A DNA stretch of 64,000 nucleotides from Candidatus Omnitrophota bacterium (lineage in GTDB: Bacteria; Omnitrophota; Gorgyraeia; Gygaellales; Profunditerraquicolaceae): the NCBI GenBank assembly GCA_026416665.1, contig JAOAET010000028.1, forward strand, positions 3,706 through 67,705. The letters run 5' to 3'. The notes beneath the pieces were generated by a model, which was not told the DNA's origin, did not search any database, and saw nothing but the letters and a program-made list of their open reading frames with translations. The position numbers and the translations under genes are program-made. This document shows, piece by piece, positions 31,617-43,441 of this stretch (positions are counted from its first letter, which is position 1; the number at the start of each line of letters is the position of its first letter).

Positions 31617-32897
31617 TTAATCTAATAGATGAATCACCAGCCCCGAGGCAACCTTAGGATAGAAATAGGTTGACTTTGGAGGCATCTTCTCCTGTTTAGA
31701 AGCAATACTAATTATCTGCTCTATCTTTGTAGGGTTAAGAAAAAAAGCAATTTTTGTGGGGTTTTTCTTTATCTCTTGAAGTAGCTCATCTGTCTGAGCA
31801 CTAAAAATAATGTGCTCTTTGTCAGTTAAGTTAAGTTTAAATAACCTCTCTAACACCAACGCATTCAAAATAGAGACATCTAAGGAACGATATTCTGCAA
31901 TTCTATCAGGCATAAACGAATTCAATACTTTGATATTTCTCAAACGTAATAACCAAAAACGACCGTTGGTGTGCATACCAATAACATGCTCACTTACTCC
32001 TGCCTTTGCTAGAAGAAAGAAAAATCTATTCTGGTCTTTTATCTCTTCTACTGAAAAGTGTTCTGAAAGTTTACTTAAAAGCTCGTCTAAGTTCGGTCGT
32101 TGCTCTAAAGTAACTAAACGATGAATAGGCAGTACAGTTAAACCTTGAGAATCAATATTAGTAAAATAGGCAAGTATATAATTAAAACCTTCATTTCCGT
32201 TAATGTTACCTTGGGATTTCTTCATCTCATCACGAAATGCGCAGGCTACTTCGTAGCGATGATGGCCATCTGCGATGAAGATATTTTCTTTCAGCATCTT
32301 CTGTTCAACTTTTTGGAGAACCTCCGGAATATCAATTCGCCAAACTTGATGTAAAACCTGTTCATCGTCAACTGCACAAATAAAAGGTTGCTGTTTGTTA
32401 ACAAGTGGCAGAAGTGTCTGGGCAATAACTTTTTTCTTATCAGGGAAAATAACAAAGATAGGACTTAAGTTCGCCCTCACACTGCGTAAAAGTCGCAAAC
32501 GGTCTTCCTTAGGAGCAATATGGGTATGTTCATGACCGAAAACTGAGTTTTTTGAAGAATCATCCAGACCTAAAAGGGCAAGGAAACCAACACGAACACG
32601 TTTACTACCTTTTAACGTATATTGCTGTTTATAAACATAAATCGCTGGGTTTTGGTCAGAGATAAGAATTTTGTCCTTAAGCCATGAACGCATAATTAAA
32701 GCTGCTTGGGTATATTTATCTTGACCGGGGATGTCTTCTGAAAGTTCAAGTCTTATAAGATTATAAGGGCTGTTACGTAAAAGTCGTTGTTGAGAATCTA
32801 AGCAGATAACATCATAAGGTGGACAGATAACTTTAGAAATATCCCCAACCACTTGAGGGTTATAAATTGTGGCTTTAAACCCTTTTACTACTGCCAT
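31617..32897 (-). CDS. DUF1015 family protein
   Basis: PPYDVI, HEHT, IADGHHRY, MPPKSTYFYPK. Confidence 0.9.
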   Translation of the reverse strand: MAVVKGFKATIYNPQVVGDISKVICPPYDVICLDSQQRLLRNSPYNLIRLELSEDIPGQDKYTQAALIMRSWLKDKILISDQNPAIYVYKQQYTLKGSKRVRVGFLALLGLDDSSKNSVFGHEHTHIAPKEDRLRLLRSVRANLSPIFVIFPDKKKVIAQTLLPLVNKQQPFICAVDDEQVLHQVWRIDIPEVLQKVEQKMLKENIFIADGHHRYEVACAFRDEMKKSQGNINGNEGFNYILAYFTNIDSQGLTVLPIHRLVTLEQRPNLDELLSKLSEHFSVEEIKDQNRFFFLLAKAGVSEHVIGMHTNGRFWLLRLRNIKVLNSFMPDRIAEYRSLDVSILNALVLERLFKLNLTDKEHIIFSAQTDELLQEIKKNPTKIAFFLNPTKIEQIISIASKQEKMPPKSTYFYPKVASGLVIHLLD

Positions 32898-33279
32898 AGT
32901 AATCTACCCTGGCTAAAATTACTCCAATATATGAAGCTACAGAATCAATAATTAAATCTTCTAAACTTGCCGTTCGTGCTGGCACAAACATTTGATGAAT
33001 CTCATCGGTTATACCAAAGATAATGGAACAAATAACCGCAATTACCAATAACTCAGTTTTAGAAAGTTTTAAGAAAGTCAGTTTTAATGCGCGATAAAAG
33101 AGTAATCCCAGTATAGCATAGATTAAAGCATGATACAAGATATCTTGATAGGGAAATAAAAGCGGGATATTCTTGCCTGGAATACTTGAAGATAAAAATA
33201 TAAAAACCATCCAGCAACCTAACAAGACCCAACTAATCAGTTTCTTACTTTGGTAACTATACTGCTTGGCTGCACCCAT
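32875..33279 (-). CDS. VanZ family membrane protein
   Basis: H..IYAILG, DEIHQMFVPARTAS..D; start reassigned from 33414 to reduce overlap with the FmdB gene. Confidence 0.8.
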   Translation of the reverse strand: MGAAKQYSYQSKKLISWVLLGCWMVFIFLSSSIPGKNIPLLFPYQDILYHALIYAILGLLFYRALKLTFLKLSKTELLVIAVICSIIFGITDEIHQMFVPARTASLEDLIIDSVASYIGVILARVDYYGSSKRV

Positions 33280-33532
33280 CGCATTTTTTCTCTGCTTTTT
33301 GGGCGCAGGTGTTGTCCTTTTTTGTTGTGGATTCATTAGTGGGTTTTGCAGATCGTTTGTAATCGGTAACAAAAAACCCTGGGCCCTTAAAGATAATTCC
33401 TGCTCCACAGCCAATTAACCTCTTTACTGTCCCTCCACAAGTAGGACACTTATTTATTGGCTGATCAGTCATACTTTGGAAAATCTCAAACTTTTTTGTG
33501 CAGTTTTGGCATTCATACTCGTAAGTTGGCAT
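33257..33532 (-). CDS. FmdB-family zinc-ribbon protein
   Basis: MPTYEYEC..C...CP.CG...GIIFKGPGF; GAGG SD. Confidence 0.9.
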   Translation of the reverse strand: MPTYEYECQNCTKKFEIFQSMTDQPINKCPTCGGTVKRLIGCGAGIIFKGPGFFVTDYKRSAKPTNESTTKKDNTCAQKAEKKCDGCSQAV

Positions 33533-33577
33533 ATCCCCTCACCTCTCTTCCTTTTCCTATTTGATAATAAGTTTTAT

Positions 33578-34687
33578 TCACCTTTCTCCAGAAACACGAG
33601 CGAATTCTTCCATTAATCTCCGTTGTTCTGGAGAAAGTCTCGTTGGTATTTCTACGTTTATTTTTACCAACTGGTCACCTACACCACGACCATGCACATC
33701 AGGAATCCCTTTACCGCGTAAGCGAAAAACTTTGCCACTTTGGGTTCCGGCGGGAATTTTCATCGTTACGGAGCCAGTCATAGTTGGCACATGAATTTCT
33801 CCACCTAATACTGCTTTACTTAAAGAGATAGTCTGTTCTACTAACAAATCATTACCGTGGCGCTGAAAAACAGGATGGGGTTGAACTTCAATGACTACAT
33901 ATAAATCTCCTCTACCCGCAGTTCCTGCTTCTCCCTCACCCCGAACCCTTAGGTTAGAACCAGTATCTACCCCAGGAGGAATTTTTACTTTTAATCGGTG
34001 TTCCTGACGAACACGTCCCTGCCCATGACAAACCGAACAAGGAGTTTGAATCAACTGCCCTTCACCACGACAATTGGGACAAGTCTGGGCTAACTGAAAA
34101 AAACCACTAGAAACCACAATTCTTCCTTGTCCTTTACATTGCGGACAATTAACCCGCTTTGAACCAGGTTTAGCACCACTACCTGAACAGGTAGAACATA
34201 TCTCATAGCGAGGAACAGTAATGGTTTTTTCTGTTCCTTTAGCAGCTTCTTCTAAAGTAATCTGCGTAGTTATCTCTAGGTCCCGACCGCGGGTACGTGC
34301 ACGGCTGGCTCGGCTACGTGAAGAACCACCAAATATATCAAATCCCAAGTCCGCAAATAAATCTTCAAATATACTTCCACTGAACCCACCTAAATCTTGA
34401 AACACTGAACTAAAATCTGCACCGCGGAAAATATCTTCATAGGCGTATTTCTGGTCAATACCTGCGTGGCCGTATTGGTCATATAACTGTCTTTTCTGCG
34501 GGTCAGATAAAACTGCATAAGCCTCAGAAATTTCTTTAAACTTCTCTTCAGCTTCTTTTTTCTGTTCCGCAGGAACACGGTCCGGATGATATTTTAAAGC
34601 AAGGTTACGATATGCCTTCTTTATCTCTTCAACGGTAGCGTTTTTAGAAACTCCCAATATTTCATAATAATCGCGTTTGGCAGTCAT
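33578..34687 (-). CDS. dnaJ: Chaperone DnaJ
   Basis: HPD J-domain, four CxxCxGxG repeats. Confidence 0.97.
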   Translation of the reverse strand: MTAKRDYYEILGVSKNATVEEIKKAYRNLALKYHPDRVPAEQKKEAEEKFKEISEAYAVLSDPQKRQLYDQYGHAGIDQKYAYEDIFRGADFSSVFQDLGGFSGSIFEDLFADLGFDIFGGSSRSRASRARTRGRDLEITTQITLEEAAKGTEKTITVPRYEICSTCSGSGAKPGSKRVNCPQCKGQGRIVVSSGFFQLAQTCPNCRGEGQLIQTPCSVCHGQGRVRQEHRLKVKIPPGVDTGSNLRVRGEGEAGTAGRGDLYVVIEVQPHPVFQRHGNDLLVEQTISLSKAVLGGEIHVPTMTGSVTMKIPAGTQSGKVFRLRGKGIPDVHGRGVGDQLVKINVEIPTRLSPEQRRLMEEFARVSGER

Positions 34688-34730
34688 TTCTTATAAGGTT
34701 TAATAAATTAAAAGTCCTTTCAACTTCTTA

Positions 34731-34768
34731 CCCTTGCGCCGGCAGTTATCCTACTGCCAGCGCAAAGA
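34731..34768. other. GC-rich stem-loop between dnaK and dnaJ (stabiliser or partial terminator)
   Basis: Minus strand CTTTGCGCTGGCAGT-AGGATA-ACTGCCGGCGCAAGG; no U-tract. Confidence 0.6.
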
Positions 34769-34792
34769 TTTATTTTGCCTTACAGGTATACT

Positions 34793-36679
34793 TTATTTCT
34801 CCTCTTTAAAATCCGCGTCTATTACATCATCTTTTGCTTTTCCTGAAGAACCACCCTCCTGTGTATTGGCAGATGTATGTTGTTGCTGAGCACCTCCTGT
34901 ATTTGCATCAGTAGCCTGCTGTTTTTGAGCTGTCTGCTTATAAACTTCTTCAGCCAATTTATGTGAAGCCTTGGTTAACTCATCCATAGCCCGTTTAATA
35001 CGCTCCATGTTCTTATCTTTAATGGCAGTTTTTAGGTCATTAAGCTTTGCCTCAATCTCAGCTCTTTCAGACTGCGAGACTTTATCTCCATATTCTTTTA
35101 GAGCCTTTTCTGTAGAATAAGCTAAAGTATCGGCTTGATTAATTAACTCTGCCTCCTGTTTTCTACGAGCATCCTCAGCAGCATACTTTTCTGCGTCCTT
35201 AACCATCTTCTCTATTTCTTCTTTGGAGAGTTTTTTGGGCGCAGTTATACGAATAGACTGCTCTTTTCCTGTTCCGCGGTCTTTTGCTGAGACATGCACA
35301 ATACCATTTGCATCAATATCAAAAGTAACTTCTATCTGTGGTATCCCACGCGGAGCTGGTGGAATCCCTACTAAATCAAAACGTCCTAACTCTACATTGT
35401 CATCTGCCATAGGACGCTCACCTTGTAACACACGGATAGTTACCGCTGTCTGGTTATCCTCTGCGGTTGAGAATATCTGGCTCTTACGGGTAGGAATAGT
35501 AGTGTTTCGCTCAATAAGTTTTGTAAATACCCCTCCTAATGTCTCAATTCCCAAAGACAGCGGAGTTACATCCAAAAGCAGAACATCCTTCATCTCTCCT
35601 TTAATAATTGCTGCCTGTATTGCCGCACCCATTGCTACACATTCCATTGGGTCAATTCCTCTCTCAATCTTTTTGCCAACAAAGTCTTCCACAAACCTTT
35701 GAACAATAGGCATACGAGTAGGACCACCGACCATAATAATTCGGTCGATATCGCTTGGTGATAATTTTGCATCCTTAAGTGCTTGCTCCATTGGATGACG
35801 GCAACGCTCAATAATTGGTGTAACTAACTCTTCTAATTTTGCGCGGGTAATTGACATTGTAAGATGCTTTGGACCTGTAGCATCAGCGGTTATAAACGGC
35901 AAGTTAATATCTGTGGTTACACTTGAAGATAACTCAATCTTTGCTTTTTCTGCTGCCTCTTTAAGACGCATCATTGCCATTTTATCATTACGCAGGTCAA
36001 TACCCGTTTCTCTTTTAAACTGTTCAGCAATATATTCAATAAGCACATTATCCATATCAGTTCCACCAAGTTGTGTATCACCAGAAGTGGATTTTACTTC
36101 AAATACGCCTTGCGCCATTTCCATAATAGTAACATCAAGTGTGCCTCCACCTAAGTCAAAAACCATAATCTTCTGCTCTTTTTGTGATTTCTCCAGTCCA
36201 TAAGCAAGACAAGCAGCGGTTGGTTCATTGATGATTCTTAAAACCTTTAAACCCGCTATTTCTCCAGCGTCTTTGGTGGCTTGGCGCTGGTTGTCATCAA
36301 AATAGGCAGGACAGGTAATTACTGCCTCTTCTACTTTATCACCAAGATACGCCTCAGCATCCTGCTTTATTTTCTGTAAAATAAAGGCAGATATTTGTTG
36401 TGGCGTAAACTCTTTACCATATACCTTAAATTTATAATCTTGACCCATCTTACGTTTTGCTGCAAAAATTGTTCCTTCAGGATTAATTGCTGCTTGCCGA
36501 CGGGCAGGTTCGCCAACTAAACGTTGACCATCTTTGGTAAAGGCAACATAAGAAGGAAATGCCTTACCTGAGGCTACACCTGCACCTTCTGCTGAAGGAA
36601 TAATTACTGGACGACCACCTTCCATTACCGCTGCTGCTGAGTTTGACGTGCCTAAATCAATACCAATTACTCTAGCCAT
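34793..36679 (-). CDS. dnaK: Chaperone DnaK
   Basis: [40 protein letters not shown]. Confidence 0.98.
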   Translation of the reverse strand: MARVIGIDLGTSNSAAAVMEGGRPVIIPSAEGAGVASGKAFPSYVAFTKDGQRLVGEPARRQAAINPEGTIFAAKRKMGQDYKFKVYGKEFTPQQISAFILQKIKQDAEAYLGDKVEEAVITCPAYFDDNQRQATKDAGEIAGLKVLRIINEPTAACLAYGLEKSQKEQKIMVFDLGGGTLDVTIMEMAQGVFEVKSTSGDTQLGGTDMDNVLIEYIAEQFKRETGIDLRNDKMAMMRLKEAAEKAKIELSSSVTTDINLPFITADATGPKHLTMSITRAKLEELVTPIIERCRHPMEQALKDAKLSPSDIDRIIMVGGPTRMPIVQRFVEDFVGKKIERGIDPMECVAMGAAIQAAIIKGEMKDVLLLDVTPLSLGIETLGGVFTKLIERNTTIPTRKSQIFSTAEDNQTAVTIRVLQGERPMADDNVELGRFDLVGIPPAPRGIPQIEVTFDIDANGIVHVSAKDRGTGKEQSIRITAPKKLSKEEIEKMVKDAEKYAAEDARRKQEAELINQADTLAYSTEKALKEYGDKVSQSERAEIEAKLNDLKTAIKDKNMERIKRAMDELTKASHKLAEEVYKQTAQKQQATDANTGGAQQQHTSANTQEGGSSGKAKDDVIDADFKEEK

Positions 36680-36745
36680 ATCACACCTCCTATTTAGAAG
36701 AAATTTTTTTGTTTGAAGAAAACTTAATATTCCTTAACATATTTT

Positions 36746-37396
36746 TTACTCAGTTTTATGCCCGTTCTTATTGCTGTCAAATTGGTTTACTGTTGAATCA
36801 GAATAACTAGTTTGATTTAAATTATCCTCATCTTTTTTCTTTTTTCGTGAAACCTGCACTTTGGCTGTCCGAATCACCTTTCCATTTAAGGTATAACCTT
36901 TCTGGAATTCCTCTACTACAGTATTTTCAGGCAAACTATCATCTTCTATTTGCATAAGTGCCTCATGGCAGTTGGCATCAAAACACTTACCTTTTGCCTC
37001 AATACAACTTACTCCATGTCTTTTAAGAAGCTCATGCAGATGAGCAAGAATCATCTCCACACCTTTTAAAAAAGCTGTATAATCCTCATGTTTTTGCTGA
37101 GACAATTCTACACTTTTTTCTAACTCATCAACAATAGTCAAAATTTCACAGATAATTTCCTCTTTAGCATAACGAACAAAATCTGCCCGCTCTCTCTCCC
37201 AACGTTTACGCGCATTCTCAAAATCTGCCTGTAACCGCAGTAATCTTTCCCAATACTGCTTTGCCTTAGCAGCCTCATCTTTTAACAAATCATACTCTTC
37301 TTTAGAGACAGTAATCACTGATGAAGAAGACTGAACGTCTTTTTCTTGGGACTGCTGATTATTTTTATTTTCATGCGAATTTTTCTTCTGTTCCAT
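36746..37396 (-). CDS. grpE: Nucleotide exchange factor GrpE
   Basis: LRLQADFENARKR, FD...HEA, QKGY...IRTAKV. Confidence 0.95.
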   Translation of the reverse strand: MEQKKNSHENKNNQQSQEKDVQSSSSVITVSKEEYDLLKDEAAKAKQYWERLLRLQADFENARKRWERERADFVRYAKEEIICEILTIVDELEKSVELSQQKHEDYTAFLKGVEMILAHLHELLKRHGVSCIEAKGKCFDANCHEALMQIEDDSLPENTVVEEFQKGYTLNGKVIRTAKVQVSRKKKKDEDNLNQTSYSDSTVNQFDSNKNGHKTE

Positions 37397-37408
37397 TTCG
37401 AAAATTTT

Positions 37409-38134
37409 TTATAAGTCTTCCAGAATAGAATCGAGTATTTCTGAGATATATTCTAAGGTTGAAACTGTCAACCCATAACACATTCGCCGTGGACCAAGCA
37501 CAGCAATACTACCTGCACGATAAGGCGAAACAACTAAGGAGCAAACATCACTTATTCCTGGACAGGCAATTTCTTCACCAATATAAACCTTGCAGACATC
37601 TTGAGCATGCTGTCTGAGTAACTCAAGAAGCTTTTTCTTCTCCTCTAATAATTGAACCAAGATCGCTAATTTTTCTACATTGTGAAATTCTGGATGGGCA
37701 AATATATTACTTAATCCATGATAAAAAATCTTATCCTCCCATTCAGAAAAAGAAACTACTGCGGTATAATGAGTAAGGTTTGCCACAATATCAGAGGTCT
37801 TATCCAAAACCTCCTCCAATGATAACTTATTTCCACGATAAAACTCTTCAATAGCCTGTTGTTGTTGAGGAGCTAAGGTCTGAGCGCCCATTAAAAAATC
37901 TACATAGTAGCGGTAACCCTTATCTGTAGGAACTCTACCAGAAGAGGTATGCAGACTCATTAAATAACCTTCCTCTTCCAGCTCAGCTAAAATATTTCTT
38001 AAAGTAGCTGAACTAAGATTAAACTTAAGCGCAAGCTCCTGAGAACTAACCGGTTCACCCGTTGCAATATAAGAAGTTACCGCCTCCGCTAAAACCCTAT
38101 TTTTCCTTTCTGTGTGGTCAACGGTTCTAACCAT
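37409..38134 (-). CDS. hrcA: Heat-inducible transcription repressor HrcA (short form)
   Basis: YI..GEPVSS, SSATLRN..AELE, HTSSGRVPTDKGYRYYVD, LGPRRM. Confidence 0.9.
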   Translation of the reverse strand: MVRTVDHTERKNRVLAEAVTSYIATGEPVSSQELALKFNLSSATLRNILAELEEEGYLMSLHTSSGRVPTDKGYRYYVDFLMGAQTLAPQQQQAIEEFYRGNKLSLEEVLDKTSDIVANLTHYTAVVSFSEWEDKIFYHGLSNIFAHPEFHNVEKLAILVQLLEEKKKLLELLRQHAQDVCKVYIGEEIACPGISDVCSLVVSPYRAGSIAVLGPRRMCYGLTVSTLEYISEILDSILEDL

Positions 38135-38166
38135 AGCTTGTTATTGTAACATACACATAAATACTG

Positions 38167-40746
38167 TCAATTATTCTCCATTACTATTTCTTTATCTTTA
38201 ACTGTTAAAGTTATTTTATCACCTTGTTTAATTTTTCCTTCAAGCACCATACGCGCAAGATAATCTATTACTTTCCTTTGAATTAGTCGTTTTAACGGAC
38301 GAGCACCAAATACTGGGTCAAAACCTTCTTCAGCAAGAAACCTTATTGCTTTCTGATCTACTTTTAGCTCAATTGAATTATTTGCACGCAGCCTTTCAGC
38401 AACCTGCCGTAATTGAATCTGCACAATCTGCTCCATATCTCTTTGAGTAAGATAATTAAAAATTACAATCTCATCTACTCGGTTTAGAAACTCTGGACGA
38501 AAATGTCTACGGAATTCCTCATTGATTATTGCCTTTACTTTCTCCGGAGAATCTTCTTTTGAGAGACGATGTGTTCCTAGGTTAGAGGTCATAATTACTA
38601 CTGTATTGGTAAAATTAACTAATCTTCCCTGACCATCAGTTAATCTTCCATCATCAAACAATTGTAGTAATACATTAAATACCTCGGGATGCGCCTTTTC
38701 AATTTCATCAAATAAGATTACTGCATAAGGTCTACGACGGACCGCCTCAGTCAGTTGTCCACCTTCTTCATAACCCACATAACCAGGCGGAGCTCCGATA
38801 AGACGAGCAACAGAGTGTTTCTCCATATACTCAGACATATCTATTCTAACTAAAGCCCTCTCATCATCAAATAAGAAACGTGCCAACGCTTTAGCTAATT
38901 CTGTTTTACCAACTCCCGTTGGACCAACAAAAATAAAAACACCTACTGGCCTATGAGGGTCAGCCAAACCACTACGGGAACGCCTAATTGCAGAACTTAC
39001 TAAACTAACTGCTTCTTCTTGCCCAACTACTTCTTGTCTGAGACGTTCTTCCATTTTAAGTAACTTCTCAGTTTCAGCCTCAAGTAAGCGTGTTACGGGT
39101 ATCCCTGTCCATTTTGAAACTACTGCTGCAATATCATCTTCATCAACCTCTTCCTTCAAAAGTGAACCTTTCTTCTGCATCTGAGCAAGCTGATTACTTG
39201 CCTCTGATAGTTTCTGTTGTAATTCGCGCAAATGGCCGTAACGAATCTGAGCAACACGGTCAAGGTCACCTTTTTTCTCTGCTTCTTTTTCTTCAAGGCG
39301 TGCTTTTTCTATTTCTTCCTTTATTGAACGGACTTCTAAAATAAGCTTTTTCTCCTCTTGCCATTTTTTTGTTAAGTTAATACTTCTATCCTCTAATTCT
39401 TTTAACTCCTTTTCTAAGGCCTGTTTTCTTTGCAGTGCAGAAGGCTCTGTCTCTTTTTTAAGTGCTTGAAGCTCAATCTGAAGTTGAAAGATTTTGCGGT
39501 CAATCTCATCAAGTGCTTGTGGCTTAGAATCAATTTCCATACGCAGACGGCTGGCTGCCTCATCTATTAAATCAATCGCCTTATCTGGCAAAAAGCGTTC
39601 AGTGATATACCGATTAGAAAGAACTGCTGCTGCAATAAGTGCAGAGTCCTTAATACGAACACCATGATATAACTCATACCGCTCTTTTAAGCCACGTAAA
39701 ATTGCTATAGTGTCCTCTACTGATGGCTGGTCTACATAAATTGGCTGAAATCTTCGTTCAAGGGCAGCATCTTTTTCAATGTATTTACGATACTCATCAA
39801 GGGTAGTTGCACCAATACAACGAAGTTGTCCGCGGGCAAGGGCAGGTTTTAACATATTAGAGGCATCTACTGCGCCTTCTGCACCACCTGCACCAACTAA
39901 TGTATGTAATTCATCAATGAACAAAATTATCTCACCATTTCGGGATTCTATTTCTTTAAGAACTGCCTTTAACCTATCTTCAAACTCACCACGAAACTTT
40001 GTTCCTGCAACTAAGCTACCTAAATCTAAAGCAATTATTCTTTTATTCTTTAGTCCCTCAGGAACATCTTTAGCCACAATTCGTTGAGCAAGCCCCTCAA
40101 CAAGGGCTGTCTTTCCCACTCCTGCCTCACCGATTAATACTGGATTATTTTTTGTCCGACGCAACAATACTTGGATAAGCCGTCTAATCTCATCATCTCT
40201 ACCAATCACAGGATCTAACTTCCCTCTGTTTGCTAAATCCGTAAGGTCTCTACCGAATTTTTCCAAAGGTTTGAATTTCTCTTCTGGATTTTCATCAGTA
40301 ATCCTCTGATTTCCCCTTACCTGAGCAAGGGCTTTTAAAACTACTTCAGGCGTAAGATTTGCTCTTTTGAATTCTTGAAACAAAGCTCCCGTTGTATCAT
40401 TAAAACTAGCTAATAAAATATGTTCAGCAGAGATATAATCGTCTTTGAGAAGACTTGCCTCTTTTTCAGCTTGTTTTAATAAGTTTTCTGTTCGCCTTGA
40501 AATATAAACTTGGCTATGCCCACTTATCTTAGGTAAACCTTTTAAATACTCTTCCATTACCTTAATAATACTAAAAGTTGATAGTCCTAGTTTGTCCAAA
40601 ATAGATAAAAGAATTTCATTCTCTTGGCGAAGAAGAGATAGAAAAAGATGTTCGGGCTCAACCTGCTGATGTTGGCTTTTTTGCGCAAGTAAAATTGCCT
40701 GCTCTAATGCCTGACGTAAACTTTGGGTAAAACGCTCTATATTCAT
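38167..40746 (-). CDS. clpB: ATP-dependent chaperone ClpB
   Basis: Two AAA+ domains ([16 protein letters not shown]) with long middle coiled coil. Confidence 0.96.
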   Translation of the reverse strand: MNIERFTQSLRQALEQAILLAQKSQHQQVEPEHLFLSLLRQENEILLSILDKLGLSTFSIIKVMEEYLKGLPKISGHSQVYISRRTENLLKQAEKEASLLKDDYISAEHILLASFNDTTGALFQEFKRANLTPEVVLKALAQVRGNQRITDENPEEKFKPLEKFGRDLTDLANRGKLDPVIGRDDEIRRLIQVLLRRTKNNPVLIGEAGVGKTALVEGLAQRIVAKDVPEGLKNKRIIALDLGSLVAGTKFRGEFEDRLKAVLKEIESRNGEIILFIDELHTLVGAGGAEGAVDASNMLKPALARGQLRCIGATTLDEYRKYIEKDAALERRFQPIYVDQPSVEDTIAILRGLKERYELYHGVRIKDSALIAAAVLSNRYITERFLPDKAIDLIDEAASRLRMEIDSKPQALDEIDRKIFQLQIELQALKKETEPSALQRKQALEKELKELEDRSINLTKKWQEEKKLILEVRSIKEEIEKARLEEKEAEKKGDLDRVAQIRYGHLRELQQKLSEASNQLAQMQKKGSLLKEEVDEDDIAAVVSKWTGIPVTRLLEAETEKLLKMEERLRQEVVGQEEAVSLVSSAIRRSRSGLADPHRPVGVFIFVGPTGVGKTELAKALARFLFDDERALVRIDMSEYMEKHSVARLIGAPPGYVGYEEGGQLTEAVRRRPYAVILFDEIEKAHPEVFNVLLQLFDDGRLTDGQGRLVNFTNTVVIMTSNLGTHRLSKEDSPEKVKAIINEEFRRHFRPEFLNRVDEIVIFNYLTQRDMEQIVQIQLRQVAERLRANNSIELKVDQKAIRFLAEEGFDPVFGARPLKRLIQRKVIDYLARMVLEGKIKQGDKITLTVKDKEIVMENN

Positions 40747-40832
40747 TTTTCACCTCATTTGCTTCTGTTGTTTAATTCGATTCACCTTTCTATAATTAGA
40801 AGTTATATTTGGTTATTGTTATATTATCACAA

Positions 40833-40859
40833 TTAGCAGTCTTTTCATTTGACTGCTAA
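40833..40859. promoter_or_regulatory. CIRCE element (HrcA operator), variant
   Basis: TTAGCAGTC-N9-GACTGCTAA perfect inverted repeat upstream of clpB-hrcA-grpE-dnaK-dnaJ. Confidence 0.88.
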
Positions 40860-40876
40860 ATAGTGATTAAAAAAAA

Positions 40877-41137
40877 TTAAATTCCTTCTTTTTCTAGAAT
40901 TAGTTTTATACCACTTACATTTACACCCTTTTCTTGCATAAGATAATGCACATATTCTAATTTTTTTACATCATTAAGAGAATAAAATCGGCTTTTCTTC
41001 CCCACCCGTTTTGGCTTAACAATACCTGCCTTATCCAATTGACGTAGAGTCCATATAGGCAGGCCAGAAAGCCTACTTGCCACACTGATTACATAAACCG
41101 GGTCATCTGGGCTAATATGTATGTCAAATTGCGGCAT
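40877..41137 (-). CDS. MerR-family regulator, HspR-like
   Basis: PVYVISVA..L......TLR......P.R....RFYS..D..L.......GVN..GI; adjacent to the chaperone operon. Confidence 0.8.
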   Translation of the reverse strand: MPQFDIHISPDDPVYVISVASRLSGLPIWTLRQLDKAGIVKPKRVGKKSRFYSLNDVKKLEYVHYLMQEKGVNVSGIKLILEKEGI

Positions 41138-41165
41138 ACAACCCCCGTTATTTTACCTCAACAAA

Positions 41166-41194
41166 TTTATAGCATATTCTTTTCATTTTGTCAA
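41166..41194 (-). promoter_or_regulatory. sigma70 promoter of the hspR-like gene
   Basis: TTGACA-17 bp-TATAAA with extended TG. Confidence 0.65.
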
Positions 41195-41259
41195 GAAAAA
41201 ATTATAAAAAAATTTAGATTTTCTAACAAAATTTTTTAGATTAAATTAAAGAAAGATAC

Positions 41260-42522
41260 TTAGCTATTTAACCATTTAATATCTTTATGATGTTGCAATT
41301 TCTGAAATAACCTTTGTGATATAGCCAGTCTCATCCTTATAGAAGTTGATAGGTAACAAATTTCCAAGACCTTTCCTTCTTGATAAAACCGATGCACTAA
41401 ATCCATCCGGTAATTTGGTATACTGACTTCAGCAATCAATGTGCGTTGGCTAAAAAAATCTGCCAATCGCTGTATAAGTTTATCCAGGTTTTCTTTTGTG
41501 CTTGCGCTAATAAAAACAGGATTAGTGTATTCTTGCGCTAAAACAGCAAACCAGCTTCGGTCCTCTATTAAATCAATTTTGTTTAAAGCGCAGACCACTG
41601 GCTTTTTTTCACAGGCAAGTTGTAACAATACAGTATTAACAGATTGACTAAGTTTTGTAGCGTTAGGACGGCTGATGTCCACTACATGAATAAGTAAATC
41701 TGCTTCTATGACTTCTTCTAGGGTTGCCTTAAATGCCTCTATTAAATGGTGGGGTAGATCATGTAAGAAACCTACAGTATCGGTTAAGACAATTGTCTGA
41801 CCATTAGGTAGCTTTAAACTGCGGGATACTGGGTCAAGGGTAGTAAATAAACCATCTTTTACTTCCTGCTGCGCTTCTGTTAAAGCATTAAGCAGAGTTG
41901 ATTTTCCTGCATTGGTATAACCGACCAAAGCTACCAACGGTAAGCTGTTTTCTTTCCTTTTATTTCTTATAAGTAACCGATGTTGGCTAACTTTTTTTAG
42001 TTGGTCTTTTAACTTGGTAATCCTTTGACGAATACGCCGGCGGTCTACCTCTAACTTTTGCTCTCCCGGTCCACGTGTTCCGATGCCACCTCCTAAACGA
42101 GAAAGAAGTATGCCTTTTCCTGTAAGACGCGGCAGTAGATACTCAAGCTGTGCCAGCTCTACCTGCATCTTTCCTTCTGGACTTTTAGCACGTCTGGCAA
42201 AGATATCTAAAATAAGTTGTGTTCGGTCTATGGTCTTTTTTTCAATAACTGATTCCAAATTTCTCTGTTGTGTTCCAGAAAGATTTGCACTAAAGATTAC
42301 TGTATCGGCTTTTAACTCCTGCGATAATAAAGCAATCTCCTGTGTTTTACCACGACCAATGAAGAAATTTGGTGTGGGCCTTTCAATTACTACCTGAATA
42401 TTATCTAAAACCACTGTGCCTGTAGAACGAACTAATTCTTCAAGTTCCTCTGCCTGCTCTGCTATAGTCCAATTCTGCTTCTGCCAAAGGCAGTGGATAG
42501 TAACCAAAAGTGCCTTTTCCAT
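41260..42522 (-). CDS. hflX: GTPase HflX
   Basis: [30 protein letters not shown]. Confidence 0.97.
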   Translation of the reverse strand: MEKALLVTIHCLWQKQNWTIAEQAEELEELVRSTGTVVLDNIQVVIERPTPNFFIGRGKTQEIALLSQELKADTVIFSANLSGTQQRNLESVIEKKTIDRTQLILDIFARRAKSPEGKMQVELAQLEYLLPRLTGKGILLSRLGGGIGTRGPGEQKLEVDRRRIRQRITKLKDQLKKVSQHRLLIRNKRKENSLPLVALVGYTNAGKSTLLNALTEAQQEVKDGLFTTLDPVSRSLKLPNGQTIVLTDTVGFLHDLPHHLIEAFKATLEEVIEADLLIHVVDISRPNATKLSQSVNTVLLQLACEKKPVVCALNKIDLIEDRSWFAVLAQEYTNPVFISASTKENLDKLIQRLADFFSQRTLIAEVSIPNYRMDLVHRFYQEGKVLEICYLSTSIRMRLAISQRLFQKLQHHKDIKWLNS

Positions 42523-43440
42523 TTATAGACGTGTCTGTGTATAAATATAAACTAATTTTTCTAATAAATCAGGTGTCTCTTTATCCACCCAAATTATTCT
42601 CTTATCTTTCCTAAACCACGTCAATTGTCTACGCGAATACTGGCGGGTATTTTTTTTAATTAACTCTTTTGCTTCTTCTAAACTTAATTTACCATTAAGA
42701 TAATCTTCTATTTCTTTAATTCCAATTGCCTTACGCGCAGTTAAACTAAGTGATCCAGAAAGAAGTTTTCTTACCTCTGAGACTACACCTTTATTGAACA
42801 TCTCTTCTACCCGCTCATTAATGTTTTTATAAAGCTTTATTCGTTCTAAAGTTAAGCCGACAATGCGAATGTCATACTCCATACTTAATCCTTTACGTTG
42901 TTTCTGAAGTTTTGAGATAGGAATACCTGTAGTCTCATAAACTTCTAATGCACGAATAATCCGCCTTAAGTCATTTGGATGAATCTTGTCTGCTGCCTCA
43001 GGGTCTATTATTTTTAGTCGTTCATAAAGTTGACCTATCCCGGACTCTTTTGCTTGCTCTAAAAGTTGGTTACGCAGTAGTTTACTATCTATATTTAACT
43101 CAAAAATTCCATCGACTACTGTTGACATATATAACCCGCTTCCTCCAACAAACAAGGGAACCTTATTTCTTTTTAAAATCTCTTGCACTTTAATAAGTGC
43201 TAACCTACGATATTCTGAAACATTGAATTCTTTTTCTACTGGAATGATACTAAATAAATGATGTTTAACAGAATGCCTTTGCTTTAAATCAGGTTTTGAG
43301 GTAAGTATATCCATACCTTTATAAATTTGCATTGAGTCGCAACAGATAATTTCTGCATTAAGCCTCTGGGCTAAAGAAATAGATAACGTGGTCTTACCCA
43401 CAGCCGTAGGACCAACTAGAAAAAAAAGTGTAGGTTTCAT
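42523..43440 (-). CDS. miaA: tRNA dimethylallyltransferase
   Basis: GPTAVGKT, DSMQIY, GGSGLY, RALEV, RRQLTWF. Confidence 0.97.
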   Translation of the reverse strand: MKPTLFFLVGPTAVGKTTLSISLAQRLNAEIICCDSMQIYKGMDILTSKPDLKQRHSVKHHLFSIIPVEKEFNVSEYRRLALIKVQEILKRNKVPLFVGGSGLYMSTVVDGIFELNIDSKLLRNQLLEQAKESGIGQLYERLKIIDPEAADKIHPNDLRRIIRALEVYETTGIPISKLQKQRKGLSMEYDIRIVGLTLERIKLYKNINERVEEMFNKGVVSEVRKLLSGSLSLTARKAIGIKEIEDYLNGKLSLEEAKELIKKNTRQYSRRQLTWFRKDKRIIWVDKETPDLLEKLVYIYTQTRL

Positions 43441-43441
43441 T

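Noticed and set aside
33280-33414. N-terminal extension of the VanZ ORF (179-aa version)
   Set aside because: Overlaps the well-conserved FmdB gene in another frame; a later start is more plausible.
35223-35702. Plus-strand ORFs such as the 159-aa ORF antisense to dnaK, and the other short plus-strand ORFs
   Set aside because: All are shadows of well-supported minus-strand genes and show no recognisable motifs.
42515-42530. Absence of hfq between miaA and hflX
   Set aside because: Common in many bacterial lineages and not informative by itself.
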